A stretch of DNA of 51,672 nt, counting the filler, from Streblomastix strix (taxonomy: Eukaryota): NCBI GenBank assembly GCA_008636045.1. It is 3 parts of 3 records of this genome, joined end to end, with 100 filler letters (N's around TTAATTAATTAA, not from the genome) between each part and the next. Parts side by side here need not be neighbours in the genome. Positions count along the whole stretch, not along the records: positions 1 to 17,160 come from SNRW01000718.1; positions 17,261 to 34,417 come from SNRW01000719.1; 1 more part is not named here. One strand, written 5' to 3'. The translations under genes and the position numbers were made by a program. Below the pieces are notes generated by a model. The model was given only the letters and a program-made list of their open reading frames with translations. It made no database searches and was not told the origin of the DNA. Shown here piece after piece: positions 13,950-26,183 of this stretch. Each line of letters starts with the position of its first letter. The stretch's first letter is position 1.

Positions 13950-15200
13950 TTTCAATGTTCAAAGAAATCCCAGTTTACAACGTTTTTTGCAAGCTAACCT
14001 TCGCGTTTTATGCAAGCGATAATTTATATATACGCTTATTAATTGAAATGAACTCTAAATATTTCACTATTCCTTCGAATTTCAAATCCACACTTTTTGA
14101 ATGAATTTTCCAAGGCAACCTCCGTCGTGCACATTTGGTACGCAACCATTGACAGTTTCACAAGATGCATAACGATGTCATAGTATTTATTTTCTCGTAA
14201 CTTATAAAAGTGATGTTTGCATGATGCAAAAACGCCAACTTAAAGAGCTTACATATAATGCGTTGCATTTGGTGCATGTGTAATTAAAGCAATATTATGT
14301 TATACCAACAGCTGACGTATTTGCGACTAAATATTTGATGAATATCAGTCTGATAGTATGAATCATCTTTATTCAGGAGTTTCATATAAAATTATCATTT
14401 ATTCAAAGTATGATATCGCAAAAATACTCAGATACTCAATAAACAGTTCTGAAATCATTGCAGACTTTTCTGCTTGTACTAAATAACAGTTCAATATATG
14501 TACAAGTCCGACCTTTTGGAATGATTCTAAATTTAAAGGTTTTTGTATAATATAAAATGGAATGAAATACCCCAAGCCAAATGCTACAGATCCAAGAAGA
14601 CTGAGTCGATGCTCACTTCTATCTGTCGGAATGTGTAGTTTTTCGGTGTCTTATAACTTTGGAGTTAAAATTATTTTAGACTTCGAGTCAGTTAATGCTT
14701 AGTACCAGCACTCTTCGATATTTAGTACAAAAAAAATACATTTATTTCTTTCAAATGTTACCTAAGTATATTGATGTAGTCAGTTGTATCAGATTCTTTG
14801 ATTTTCATTCTTTAATTTTCTCTATTCTATTCGGATTGAGTTTCTAGTTCTTCTGAGTGCCGATCCACGAGCGACTTGTGAAATGAATGACCCACGGTGT
14901 ACCCGACCTCGTTTTCTGCATCTTCTTATACTTTAATTGGTATAATTTATTCTCCTTAATTATTTCTATCATATAAAACATAAATTACGTTAGATTCCTC
15001 CTCAAGTTATAAAGATGCGCTCGCCTTAACTGCTATTTTTTTATAGCCTACAGTACCATGTTCTCTTATTATTGTAGAATGGTTACGGTAGCATGTTTTT
15101 GCAAGAACAATTCTACTAAGCTCTGGAATGTCTATATTTTATTCCTTTAACACGATTGCTCTTATAAACTCATCCGTATTTTTTAATTTCTTAAATCTGA
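13950..15200 (-). pseudogene. second, more decayed pogo-family (DDE_1) transposase
   Basis: FVLNIEECWYQALTDSK (decayed first-D motif), DRSEHRLSLLGSV, FILSD*YSSN (D at 14348-14350), LITHAPNATHYMQALQVGVFAS (third-D position 14240-14242 now TAA, again 35 residues on), TTEVALENSFKKCGF. Colinear with the first transposase; several TGA stops and a frameshift. Confidence 0.8.
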
Positions 15201-17160
15201 AATATTCTTCTAAATCGATGAAGTCAAAAGTTAGAATGTGAAGTTCGAAGTTCTAGACAAGTTGAACGAAATAATAATATGGTTTGATTTATTATTTTTA
15301 CATTGACGAATAGAATAAAAATTCAAATTTTTTAATCCATTTTTGTAAAATTTGCAGGAACGGGGAATGACTATAAGTGATAAAAAGACAACTCTCATCG
15401 GCTCAGATTATGCCACACATCTTTCATATAGCGAGCTAACCTCATTTATTGCACATGGATCCGTTCAATGGAGTTTAGATCGCTCAAAAATGAACGAGAC
15501 ACAAGGCTCTGAAACTCAAGTAAGCTTATGAACTAAATTACTAGCAAGAAAGGGTATTAAATATGCGAATAATATGAAGTCGCGATGACAGGATGGTTCA
15601 AATTCCCCGGGTAATTAATCATGCAAAAGTTACAAATAATGCAAGCATATTTATTTTGTTCTTCTCTCATTTTTAAATATTTAAATATATTCATCAATGG
15701 ACAATGATTCATCATCGCTCCGCTCAAAATGTAACTTCATACTAGACATCTTTTTGAACTGATAATGGGGTTAAAAAATCTTAACTTCATGACGAATGAC
15801 AGTAACAAATAAATTATATTTTGGGAAACAAATAAATTAATTTTCCACAATTTTAAATAAAAAAATTGAATAAGATTAGTTTCGATGACACTGGACCAAA
15901 TCTTTAAGATGGATAAAAGTAATATCTTTTAAATAACTGCAAAAAATGAAAAATTGAATTAGAAATTTAAAAATAGATTAATTTTTTTTGACAATTTTTA
16001 AAATGAATTTAAATTAAATAATTTTTAATTTGAATTTTATTTCATTTAAAAAAATTAATTTTAAAATATTTAAATTTATTAATTTAAAAAATAAATACTT
16101 GATTAATTAAAATTTTTATTTAAAAAAATATATATTTTTATTAATAATCTTAAAAAAGATAAAAATATTTGAATTTTCCCTTTGCACTAACTGACTCTCC
16201 ATAAATTCAATAATTAGCTCACTATCTCCAATTTATACCAAAATAACATAAGATATTATAGCTTTTATAATTAAATATATAAAAAATATTATTTCAAACT
16301 ATGTAAAAACTCTCATATTATATAATATAATGCAATTCAAAATGGACAGAGGTGTGTTTTTATCAGATTGAAGTTGTTTTCTCTCTCTTAACGGTTTATT
16401 AATTGTTCCAATCTATATAAAAAAAATTTTTAAAATATATATAATAATAAAAAATATAATTTTGAAAATATCTTTGGTTAAAACGTGAATTTAGTATATT
16501 CTTCCTTCATATTAATAGTTTTCTGAATACTCTTCTGTAATATGAAGTTTTCATTCTGATTCTTTTAACTATTTCGTTTCTTTATTGCATTTTAAAAAAT
16601 GCGCTCTATGAAATCAATCTTTTGTTATTTTCATCATATTTCTTTTCACCAACTTTCATCTTCTTTATAGAAAATGCAATGTGCACACTTTGGTGCTAGC
16701 AACAAGGACAATCAATATTTATATCCCAAGAGAGCTAAATCTAATAAAATGAATAAATAAATAAAATACAATTATTTATTCCTTTTTTTATTTTAAAATA
16801 TGGAGGCTTATTTGGAGTTTTGAATAATTTAATAGTACGTGATACTTTTTCAATTTGATAATAGTATTATTAAATATATAATAAAATAAAAAGTATTTAT
16901 TAAAAAAAAATAAAATAGTTTTTGTATTCATTGAAATATTAACAATTTAAGTTTTAATTTATTTTGGTTTTTTTTGTTTATAAAGCAAATATTATATATA
17001 AATAAATAAATATTATTTTAAAAATAATTTATTATTTTTTATTTTTATTCAATTTAATAGAAATAAAATCTTTTTATTTTATCGGAAAATTCACCAAAAT
17101 TATAAGAAAATGATTTAAGATTCTGTTTCAACACCAAAAAAGTATATCTTTAATTTATTT

Positions 17161-17260
17161 NNNNNNNNNNNNNNNNNNNNNNNNNNNNNNNNNNNNNNNN
17201 NNNNTTAATTAATTAANNNNNNNNNNNNNNNNNNNNNNNNNNNNNNNNNNNNNNNNNNNN
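17161..17260. other. artificial contig-join spacer
   Basis: 44 N + TTAATTAATTAA + 44 N, a six-frame-stop linker. Confidence 0.97.
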
Positions 17261-17804
17261 TTTACCATTTGCATCAACTTTTCCGATATATTTGGTAATT
17301 ACTTCATTTTCATTATTTTTCCCATTATTTTTCATAAATCATCGCAAAACTAAAACTTACCATAAACCTCGTCATAATTCCCTTCTAAGAACAGTGGCCA
17401 AGTCCGCCCAGCAGCCAAAACTGAAGGTGTTGGGTTTTGTGTCTGCCAAAGCTGGCACGAGGCTTTTTATTGTTTTTTTAAAAATAAGGCAAAAAAATTT
17501 GTATGTATGTTATTTATACATAAAAATACTAATTACGTTTAATAATATTATTTTATATTATATTTACATAAATTGAAAACACATTTTAAACTAGTTAGCC
17601 CCCAACGATAAATAAATTTTTTGAGCATTAATTTTTAAATTTCCACCTGCTTTCTGCATTAATATCATTTAATTTTAATTATTTATCTTACATTTATTAT
17701 TTAACATAATATAAAACTCAAATGTCAAACATTTATAAACAGCATTAATTTTTTTATTTTTTATTTTTTTAATTTTATTATATAATTGTAGTTTTATAAT
17801 GTTG

Positions 17805-18013
17805 CAGTAGTATTATAAGACGAAGTTTGCAATAACGTAAAATACATTTGATTTTTTATAATCTCGCATAAAATATGGAGTGAATAAATACGAATGAGGG
17901 ATGCGAAAGCAAACCGAATTCGTTATTTATGAACGAGCTTATTTTATAGGGGGTTATTAAGATAAATCAAATGTATTTTACGTTGGGGCAAACTTCGTCT
18001 TATAATACTACTG
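17805..18013. mobile_element. 209-bp MITE-like foldback element
   Basis: Terminal inverted repeats CAGTAGTATTATAAGACGAAGTTTGC (26 bp perfect), 3 mismatches, then AACGTAAAATACATTTGATTT (21 bp perfect); non-coding core; no clear target duplication. Confidence 0.8.
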
Positions 18014-18109
18014 ATATTCATCTACTATATAATCTTTTAAAATATTTATTAATTCATTTCATATTCTTTTAAAACCCAGTTTTTATTATTTGAATAGTCT
18101 TTTACTTAA

Positions 18110-18306
18110 TATTTTAATCACTTCAATAAACTTAAATTGTTTTAGAAGGTAAATTTTATTATAACTCGTTTAAATACATTCTCCAAAGTGGATAATGATT
18201 GATTGATCTTCGATGCTTAATGCATGTGTTTTCCTTCAGCTCCTAATTTAACTGCGGATTCTGATCAAGCGCGATCTCCAACAAAGTATACATTCAACAT
18301 ATTAAT
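18110..18306 (-). pseudogene. kinesin motor-domain remnant (switch II / helix 4 region)
   Basis: VYFVGDRA*SESAVKLGAEGKHMHQASKINQSLSTLENVF matches kinesin LYLVDLAGSE...GAEG...EA..INKSLSTLGNVI, with TGA in place of the DLAGSE Gly. Confidence 0.75.
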
Positions 18307-18851
18307 CTAATAATAAAAATATTAAAATAATATTTATTAAAATAAAGAATAAATTCAAAAAATTAAATGACGTTTGAGATAAAAAAACTCTGATAAAAAT
18401 AATAAAAGGATGATGAAATATATTTAGTATTGATAAAACAAAATTTAGATTATACTAGTTGTTAGCCTAAAAAAATAATTAGAAATATTATAAGTTAAAA
18501 CTGTGGAAGATTAGAAAAACGAAAATTATTCAATTAATCTAACATTTAGTTGAATATAAAATATAAAATATAAATATTTAATATTAATATTAAATTAAAT
18601 TAAATTGGATAATATTTCATATATTTTTTCAATTATCTATCGAGATACTTTAATTTTTCAATTTATTAACTCCACACACAAATATGACTTATATATTTTT
18701 AAACAGAATTAATTTTATGATTTGTATTATTAGTCTCTACAGTTCTAATAAGATTAAAATAAATAGTAACTCCTCTACGAAACTAACAATACACAATAAA
18801 ATATTTTATTTTTTTTAATTTTATTTCTTCTATTTTATTATATTTTTCATT

Positions 18852-20074
18852 ATGTAATAAAGATTTAATATGTAATCTGGTGTTTCTTCTATGACAGCAG
18901 TTGGCCCAGTTGATTATTAACCGTTCCTTCCGTGTAAAGAACATATTAAGGATGAAGGAGAAGTTGGCAATATTCACACATTCACCAATTTAACAGAAGA
19001 AAAGACTACTATTTCCTTTGATCCAGCAATAAAAAATGGCATTGTCAAATTCGAATTGTTAAATAACAAAGCCCTGTTAGGTTTATTTATTTTTATTTAT
19101 TTTTACATTTATTTATTTTTATTTTTGTGAAACAGGCATTGGAATTGTTGAAGACACTGTAACTTAGTACGGCAAAGATGAAGGTCCTGATGCTAAAGGT
19201 ATTTTATTTTATATAGTATTTTGATTTAGATAATTATTCATTATTATTAACCATATATTTTCATTATTCGCTTTGAATATCTATTTCAGTAATGAATAAG
19301 ATTATTCAATTTTCGAGCTTGTATGATAGACCTTTATTTATTAACTCATTCTCAATAATATTTATTTCTTCTTCTTTTTTTATCAATAATACCCATAAAA
19401 ATATCATTATATATAAATTCATATATATATTATTAAGAGGTCTACTTATTCATATTGAAGCATATACTCAAAATGTTGAAATGTTTAAGGAAGGCGATCG
19501 TATTGCTATGGAAGTTTGCATAATATACAATTATTAACAAACTATTATATTATTAATATAAATGAAAAATATATAATTATTAGTGTACAATTGATTAATA
19601 AACTCTTTTATGTATTACCTTATTTATATAAATCAGTTGAACATGGATTCAAATCCTCGTACTCTTACTTTCTTTATCAATGATAAAGAGCAGAAGGTCT
19701 ATGTTTCCAATTTGCCAAAAGCCGTCCGATTCTGGGTACGTAAATAATACTATATTAATAATTATTATAATAATTTATAATTCAAATGTTTTGTTTTTTG
19801 ACAATTTTATATATATAATATTTAATATTAAATATTTTTATACTAAAACATATTTTCTTCACAATTTTCTATATATTTTTCCATATATATAACAAAGGCA
19901 TTTCTATATTAAGAAAATAGTTCATTCAAGATCCTCAGCTTCGATCGGATTCCAAAGCCGACGGCCAAACACAGTTTTGGGTCAAAAGAATTGAAATGGG
20001 AAGTCAATTGGTTGAAAGAAAACATTAAAGCTTTGGGGATTGATTCAGATTCGGATTCGGATTCATATGAGTGA
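18852..20074 (+). CDS. SPRY/B30.2-like beta-sandwich domain protein, 6 exons
   Basis: Spliced: ...TISFDPAIKNGIVKFELL...GIGIVED...FKEGDRIAMELNMDSNPRTLTFFINDKEQKVYVSNLPKAVRFWAFLYQENSSFKILSFDRI...DSDSYE*, TGA 20072-20074. GDxI..ELxMD...LTFF.N is the SPRY pattern. Start could be 18852, 18870 or 18891. Confidence 0.75.
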
Positions 20075-21999
20075 TGAAAAATACGAAGGAAAGAAGATTC
20101 TGAAGAAAGATATGATAAGAAAAAAAAATATCAATTTAGATATTTTGAAAAAAAATCAATTAAATGAAAAAAAATAGAATAAATATTAGATTTTTTCATA
20201 TATAGTCAATAAATAGATTATATATTTCTATTTATTATTAATTGTAATATATAATATTAGTACTTTAACTCAATTTTAATAAATTTAATAATATTTATAT
20301 CAAAAAATTCAACACAATATTAAATTTCATATGATTTATTTCCTTTTTATTTAAATTGTTCATTCAGAGATGATATTAAAAATAAAATGAATTAAACATC
20401 AATTTATTAATATTTTTATATTTAAACTCATTATTTATTTATTTACTACATTTTCTCTTTTCTCAACTTCTCAATGGCATCTTTCATATCCTGTCTGTTC
20501 TTCTCTTTCTATTCCCTCACTTTCTCTAATTTCATTATCAGCCTTCTTTCTTTCTCTTTCTTATTCTTATTCTTCTTCTTCTTATTATTATTATCATTAT
20601 CATTCATTTTATTCTGTTTATTCTGTTTGTAAATTATCTTTACGAATTATTTCTTCTGCTGCTTTCCGCTCCTCTTCGCGTGCTTTTGCTTCTGCTTGTG
20701 CAGATTTGGCTCCTTCTTTGTTGGGTTTCCTCCATATCTTTAATAATATCATCCATTCTTTTCTTCTCTTCAATTTCTTTCTGGATTTCTTCTTCTGATT
20801 TCTGCTTTGGTCTGTCTTTGTCTTTATCATATCCTTCTAGAGCTCTTTCATGGAGTTGTTTAATATGTTGTTATCCTTAACCTCGTTTGACTATTTTTAT
20901 TACTTTTGGTCATTCATTTTCATTTTCGCTGTTTTTTTGCTCATTTTTATCTCCTTCATTCATTTACAATAATCGTTACCTTACAAGATCAGCATTGTTT
21001 TTCTCCAAAGCAGGAACAGCTTTCATTCCTTAGTGTTGTTCTTCATAACTCGATTATTACTTTTATTTCTTTGAGAGATTTTCATTAGAAATACCAGAGT
21101 AAACTTCTTTCTGTTATTTAGGTGAAAATTTAGGTGAAACTTGCTTCTATTTATTGTGGTATGAATTTGGATTATAATTCCTTTATTAATCTCACAAAAG
21201 AGTTTTTTCCTTCGCATCACCATGTGAAGGTGCAACTAATTATTAAATAGCTTCGAGTAATTGTTGTTTCTTTAACTTAGCTTTTTCTTCTTTAGAAATG
21301 TTATTTAATTAAAGAGCTTATTCTTCTTCTGCTTCAAATTATGCATCCCATTCATTTCTCATTGAAGTGTTAATTGCAGATATTAATAGTTAATTAGGAG
21401 ATTTATTGGCTTATTTATTATTATTCATACTAATATTTTAATGATTAGGAGATAGTTAATTCCCAGCTTATCCCTGTGAAATTCGAACAAGATTTTCAGC
21501 AATTTACTCACTAATTTATCTGTCTTCTTCTAATTCATTAGAATCATATGAATTCTACTGTGAAATGGAATTAGGTGATTTATCTTTCAATTGAGCAATC
21601 TGTGGAGCTGATTGAATACGCAATAATTAACTATTAGGTGAGTTTTATGGTTTAAGTTATTAATTTTTAGGTTTTTGTTTCATTCCTTCGAGAGCTGCAA
21701 GTTTTTGCTCTAATTTATTCCTCTGTTTAATATAATCTATTATTATTATATCAATTCCAATTTGTATTGTCTTTAACAGCTGATATTATCTTCACACCAA
21801 TTGCTGGGGCTTTAGATCAATTAACAGAAAAGACTACTTTCTTTTCTTATGATCCCTTTGATGGTTATTCAGACTATTATTTATTGCTGTTATTATTAAT
21901 CTCATCCTTCTTAACAATTGGAATAGTAAATAAAGAAGGTGATACTTTAAGATGCTACTGTGAATTATGGTGCATTCAATTTAAGGTGTATTCGATTAT

Positions 22000-22072
22000 G
22001 GTGTATTTTACTGAGATGTATTTTACTGAGGTGTATTTTACTGAGATGTATTTTACTCAGGTGTATTTTACT
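22000..22072 (-). repeat. 15-bp tandem repeat, about 5 copies, coding (P/S)QQNT
   Basis: gtgtattttactgag / atgtattttactgag units inside the NEK tail. Confidence 0.85.
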
Positions 22073-22213
22073 TTGGTTGAGTATTTTTGCTTTTTGATTC
22101 GATCTTCGGTATTGGTTTCAGTTTTTGTTTTGGAACATCTTTCTTTACCCCAGGAGGAAAGAACTCAGATAAATCACCAGAAGGTTATTTGGGTTTTGGA
22201 GATTGTTAAGGTT

Positions 22214-22465
22214 GGTTATTATGTTATATGATCTTTGGTTACAGGTGATAATTATTATGTTATATGATCTTTGGTTATGGATGATACTTATTATGTTATA
22301 TGATCTTTGGTTATGGATGATACTTATTATGTTATATGATCTTTGGTTATGGATGATACTTATTATGTTATATGATCTTTGGTTATGGATGATACTTATT
22401 ATGTTATGTGATCTTTGGTTATGGGTGATACTTATTATGTTATATGATCTTTGGTTATGGATGAT
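22214..22465 (-). repeat. 36-bp tandem repeat, about 7 copies, coding YHPQPKIIQHNK
   Basis: Unit ttattatgttatatgatctttggttatggatgatac, near-identical copies, inside the NEK tail. Confidence 0.95.
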
Positions 22466-23567
22466 AATGACCATAACTAGCAACAGAATGAGCTGAAATT
22501 TAGACGAATTGGTGGAGCAGATTCAACTTATTATCTATCAGGATCAGCACATACTATTCTTTATTCATATACTGCTGCATTTCTTCTATTCTATTCCTCT
22601 GTGATTCTGCTTGCATCTCTAAGAAAGCACGTCTTGCATTAGCCTTAATAATACTTATTTCTCTATCTTATTTTGGCTCTAATATCTGAAGCACAACTTT
22701 ATCTTAATTAGTTAATTTTCTATCTCTTCACGTTCTACACGTTGTTACTCAACTACTGCATAAGAATCTTCTTTAACATAGCCAAATATGCTTCTTCAGC
22801 ATATTAAGCTCTTTCTTATCTGATTCTCAGAGCTTCAGCTGCTGCTTTTATCGCTTTATTTTGTATCTGAGCTAAATCTTACGTTTCTATTCACGTTCCA
22901 TCGCTAATTGAATTTCAACTTCACGCCTCTTCTATTGTTCAGCTGCACGTGCACGATTGCGCTCTTCGCCTTGTTCCTGTAAGATACGTTCAATTCTGAA
23001 TAATATGCAATGAATAAATAAAAGTTATATTAATGAATAGCAACTATAATATATTTAAAATAAATAAAATACTTATCCATCTCTTCCTTTGATGAGTATT
23101 TCCTACCACTTGGACCAATAAATTAAAGAGGGGGATTAAATTGAGGTAGCTTCTCTTATAGTTGAGGTTAAAGATTGATTGGATGTGAAGGTGAAGGTTA
23201 TTATCCATATTTCAATATAATAATAAAATAATAAATAAAAATATCTAAGTAAAAGAATATAAGTTATAAGTGATGGAATCTGTGCTCTTGGTGATGGAAG
23301 TCCCTTTTATTAGTAGTTGTATTGTTGTTATGGTTTGGGAATAAGTCCAGTAATTAATCTGTTGATGAATGGAATGGATATTTTATTGGGGAGGAAGTGG
23401 AGCATTCTTCTGCAATTAAGGAGCCATTATTTGAGGTAAATTTCCTTTTTGATTTTAATTAGAAGCTTATCCTTATTCTGGTTGATTTGGAGGTTGTTAT
23501 TATCCTTATAATTATCCTTATCCTTATATTTGAGGTGTGGATGGCTTCTGAACTGCATAAGTTGGTT

Positions 23568-23660
23568 TGGGAAGTGGAATACCAAATTATGGAAGTGGAA
23601 TACCAAATTATGGAAGTGGAATACCAAATTATGGAAGTGGAATACCAAATTATGGAAGTG
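23568..23660 (-). repeat. 21-bp tandem repeat, about 4.4 copies, coding PQFGIPL
   Basis: Unit ggaagtggaataccaaattat, perfect copies. Confidence 0.95.
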
Positions 23661-25468
23661 CTGAGTTTGTATTGGCTATAAATCCTGTTTCATTTGGATT
23701 GATTGGTGCATATACATCCTTTCTAATGTTGAGTCAATGCTTAAGTGTGTGTTAAAATTCTTCTGATACAAGTGTTTGAGGCAAGAATGCATTAATGCGC
23801 TTCTAAACATTTGGTAAGTCTTATAATTTAGTTAATTGATGGTTTTTCCTATGGACCTCGTTTAAGCATTGAGTCAACAAGACTACGAAGTTCAGAACTG
23901 TATTATAAATAGTTTATCTACAAAATTAATTCATTTTTTTAAATAAATATGAAAATAATAATAATATTTCATGCCTATATTGAGATGTTATTAGTGTATA
24001 TGATCCTCTTACGATCTTCATATAAAGCGCTTTTAGATTCTGAGCATCAAATAAGTGCTTCAATGTGCAGAGTTCGTACATCACAAAGCCAATTGACCAA
24101 ATATCAGATTTGTAATTATATGGTCTGTGTTACAATACATCATTGTAATATAAATAAGTGAATAATACTGCTAATGGTATTTAATAGTATATATATATAT
24201 ATATACCTGCCTGCCATCTACAATTTCTGGTGATAAATAATAAGGTGTTCCTATTCCAGTCTTGGCTAATTCATGTGTACTACTCAACATACGAGAAACA
24301 CCAAAGTCACCAAGATTTACAATATTCTGCTTTGTCAGGAATATATTTTCTCCTTTTAAGTCTCTGTGCAAGATCTTACGATCGTGTACATGCTTTAGAG
24401 CTAAGCATATTTATACAAAGTAATTCAAAATCTCATCTTCATTCATCAGAGTTCGATTCTGCTTCTTTATTCGATCTGAGATATTCCCAATATCAGCATT
24501 GTACATCACAATGTAGAGCATGTTTTTCTCTACAAAGCTCTCTCGATATAAAACGATGTTTGGGTGTCTGAAAACAAAGAATAATAAAAAGAAAGATTGA
24601 TATGATAAATTAAAAATAATTTAAGACACTTTAGGTTGGTCAAAATACGAATCTCATTGATGCTTTCCTATTTCTCTTTCTGAGGTAAATTTGAAATATT
24701 AATCTCATTAATTATGTAGATGCATCAGTTCTATTTATGTTTGACTAATACAGCTGCTTCAAATCTACCTCGGCCTTTGTAGAAAGAATTACAAAAAAAA
24801 TAAAAAAGAATAACATGCAAACCTACTACACGTTAGCGGATATAATTATCAGCAAGTGATGGCATAAAGATAAAACTATGGCGATATAGTGACTAATATT
24901 AATTAATAGAAACCAACTTTGAGAAAAACTAAAATAAAATATTAATTAAAAATCGTAAACTGATTTTTTGCTTGTGCAAATAATATTTAGATTGCATATG
25001 TTATAATATTATTCATAAATATAGCATTTGAGATGATTTTATATAATTTTATGTAAATGAAAGGTTAAAAAGTAAGAAATTGGCATTAAAATTTTTTAGA
25101 ATTAATTTGTTTATTCTACATGTATTTTGATGTTTAAATTAGCAAATATTTATCAAGATATATTTTATATTATTTATTTATTAAAAACGTACAATATCAA
25201 TAAATAAATTTAGTAATAAATCAATTAATAAAAAAAGAGGAAAATCTGTAAATAATTATATGCAGTGTTACCATTAAATAAGTCAATATAATTATTTGAA
25301 TTAACTTAGCTGCTTTAGCATTATTTTCACTTTTATTTGCTGATTGTCCATCATTCTCAAAATAGTATTGTTTTCTGCCTGGCCTGGCTTAGTTGTGCAT
25401 TAATATCATATTTAAATTTAACTATTTTCTTTTTTGTATTAGTATTTACATAATTGTACCGAAAAAAA

Positions 25469-25860
25469 ATGCCACGCAAAGGCTGGGTCGGTATTATGAG
25501 CATTTTTCACATTTTCCCTTTCATTTTTTTCATTTTTCTTGATTTTTTGTCTTAGGTGGAAACTGGAAGACAAACGATACGAAATAGTCTATTGAACTAC
25601 TTGTATAAATTCTGAACAAGGGCGTTGTGACGTTCCACACAAAAGTTGGTGTTTCTGTTGTACCATCGCATATTTGACTCACACAAGTGTTCTAAAACAT
25701 TAATAAAAATATAGTTGTATAGGCTTAGTGTTCGAACATATTTAGAAACGGTGCATACGTAGAATTGTGCAGCTTTAAAATTCTGAAATCAAAACTTCGT
25801 TAACCTGCCACAGCAAGCGCAGAGACATCTTCCGTGAGATTGAGATACTCATAAATAAGA
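25469..25860 (+). pseudogene. TPI1: triosephosphate isomerase N-terminal remnant
   Basis: MPRKGWV-G(intron 25491-25555)GNWKTN...VVQAQCSNIFRNGAY...HSKRRDIFRE: matches TIM GGNWK, AQN, GAFTGE and GHSERR motifs; TGA at 25676-25678, internal deletion/frameshift, C-terminal half absent. Confidence 0.85.
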
Positions 25861-26038
25861 GGTTATCTTTGTTATGAGCTTTTTATTGCAGTTTTATTAC
25901 TAAAATTTCTGAACAAATTATTTTTTAACTTAATTCATTAAATAAAAACTGATCCAATCAATTTGTTCTAGTGCCGAACTTTATTTTGATTTAAACCCTA
26001 CAGGACCTATTAATAAAAGGTAAAACATAACGGAAAAA

Positions 26039-26090
26039 AACATCACTTTACGGACAAATCAAAATAACATCACTTTACGGACAAATCAAA
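26039..26090. repeat. 27-bp tandem duplication downstream of the Cys-rich gene
   Basis: aacatcactttacggacaaatcaaa occurs twice at 27-bp spacing. Confidence 0.85.
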
Positions 26091-26183
26091 GAAAGGTGCT
26101 GAAAAGGATCTCCGAGGTGCACCCAAAGGTGTATGGGGTATATGACATCAGCAATCAGACGTCATTGAATCTGCTTCTTTAGT

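Larger units (their letters stand above)
20428..24865 (-). pseudogene. NIMA-related (NEK1/NEK5-like) kinase with long Pro/Gln-rich and coiled-coil tail, disrupted
   Basis: [63 protein letters not shown]. Lesions: G-loop GRGRFE, TGA at 24725-24727, catalytic Lys replaced (YIINEI), frameshift near 23817, another TGA near 23733, further frameshifts near 22880 and 22775. Terminal TGA 20428-20430. Confidence 0.85.

Noticed and set aside
15361..15610. tRNA-like GGTTCAAATTCC motif and 8-bp inverted repeat cggggaat/attccccg
   Set aside because: No cloverleaf could be built and the inverted repeat is too short to be significant.
16200..16745. Exon-like fragments on the minus strand
   Set aside because: Stops in each frame and no identifiable family.
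17261..17480. GC-richer exon-like piece with a GTAAGT donor on the minus strand at the start of contig 2
   Set aside because: Too short and truncated by the contig edge to assign a frame or product.
22214..22465. 36-bp repeat array as a CRISPR array
   Set aside because: Head-to-tail copies with no unique spacers, in frame within a eukaryotic kinase tail, and no cas genes.
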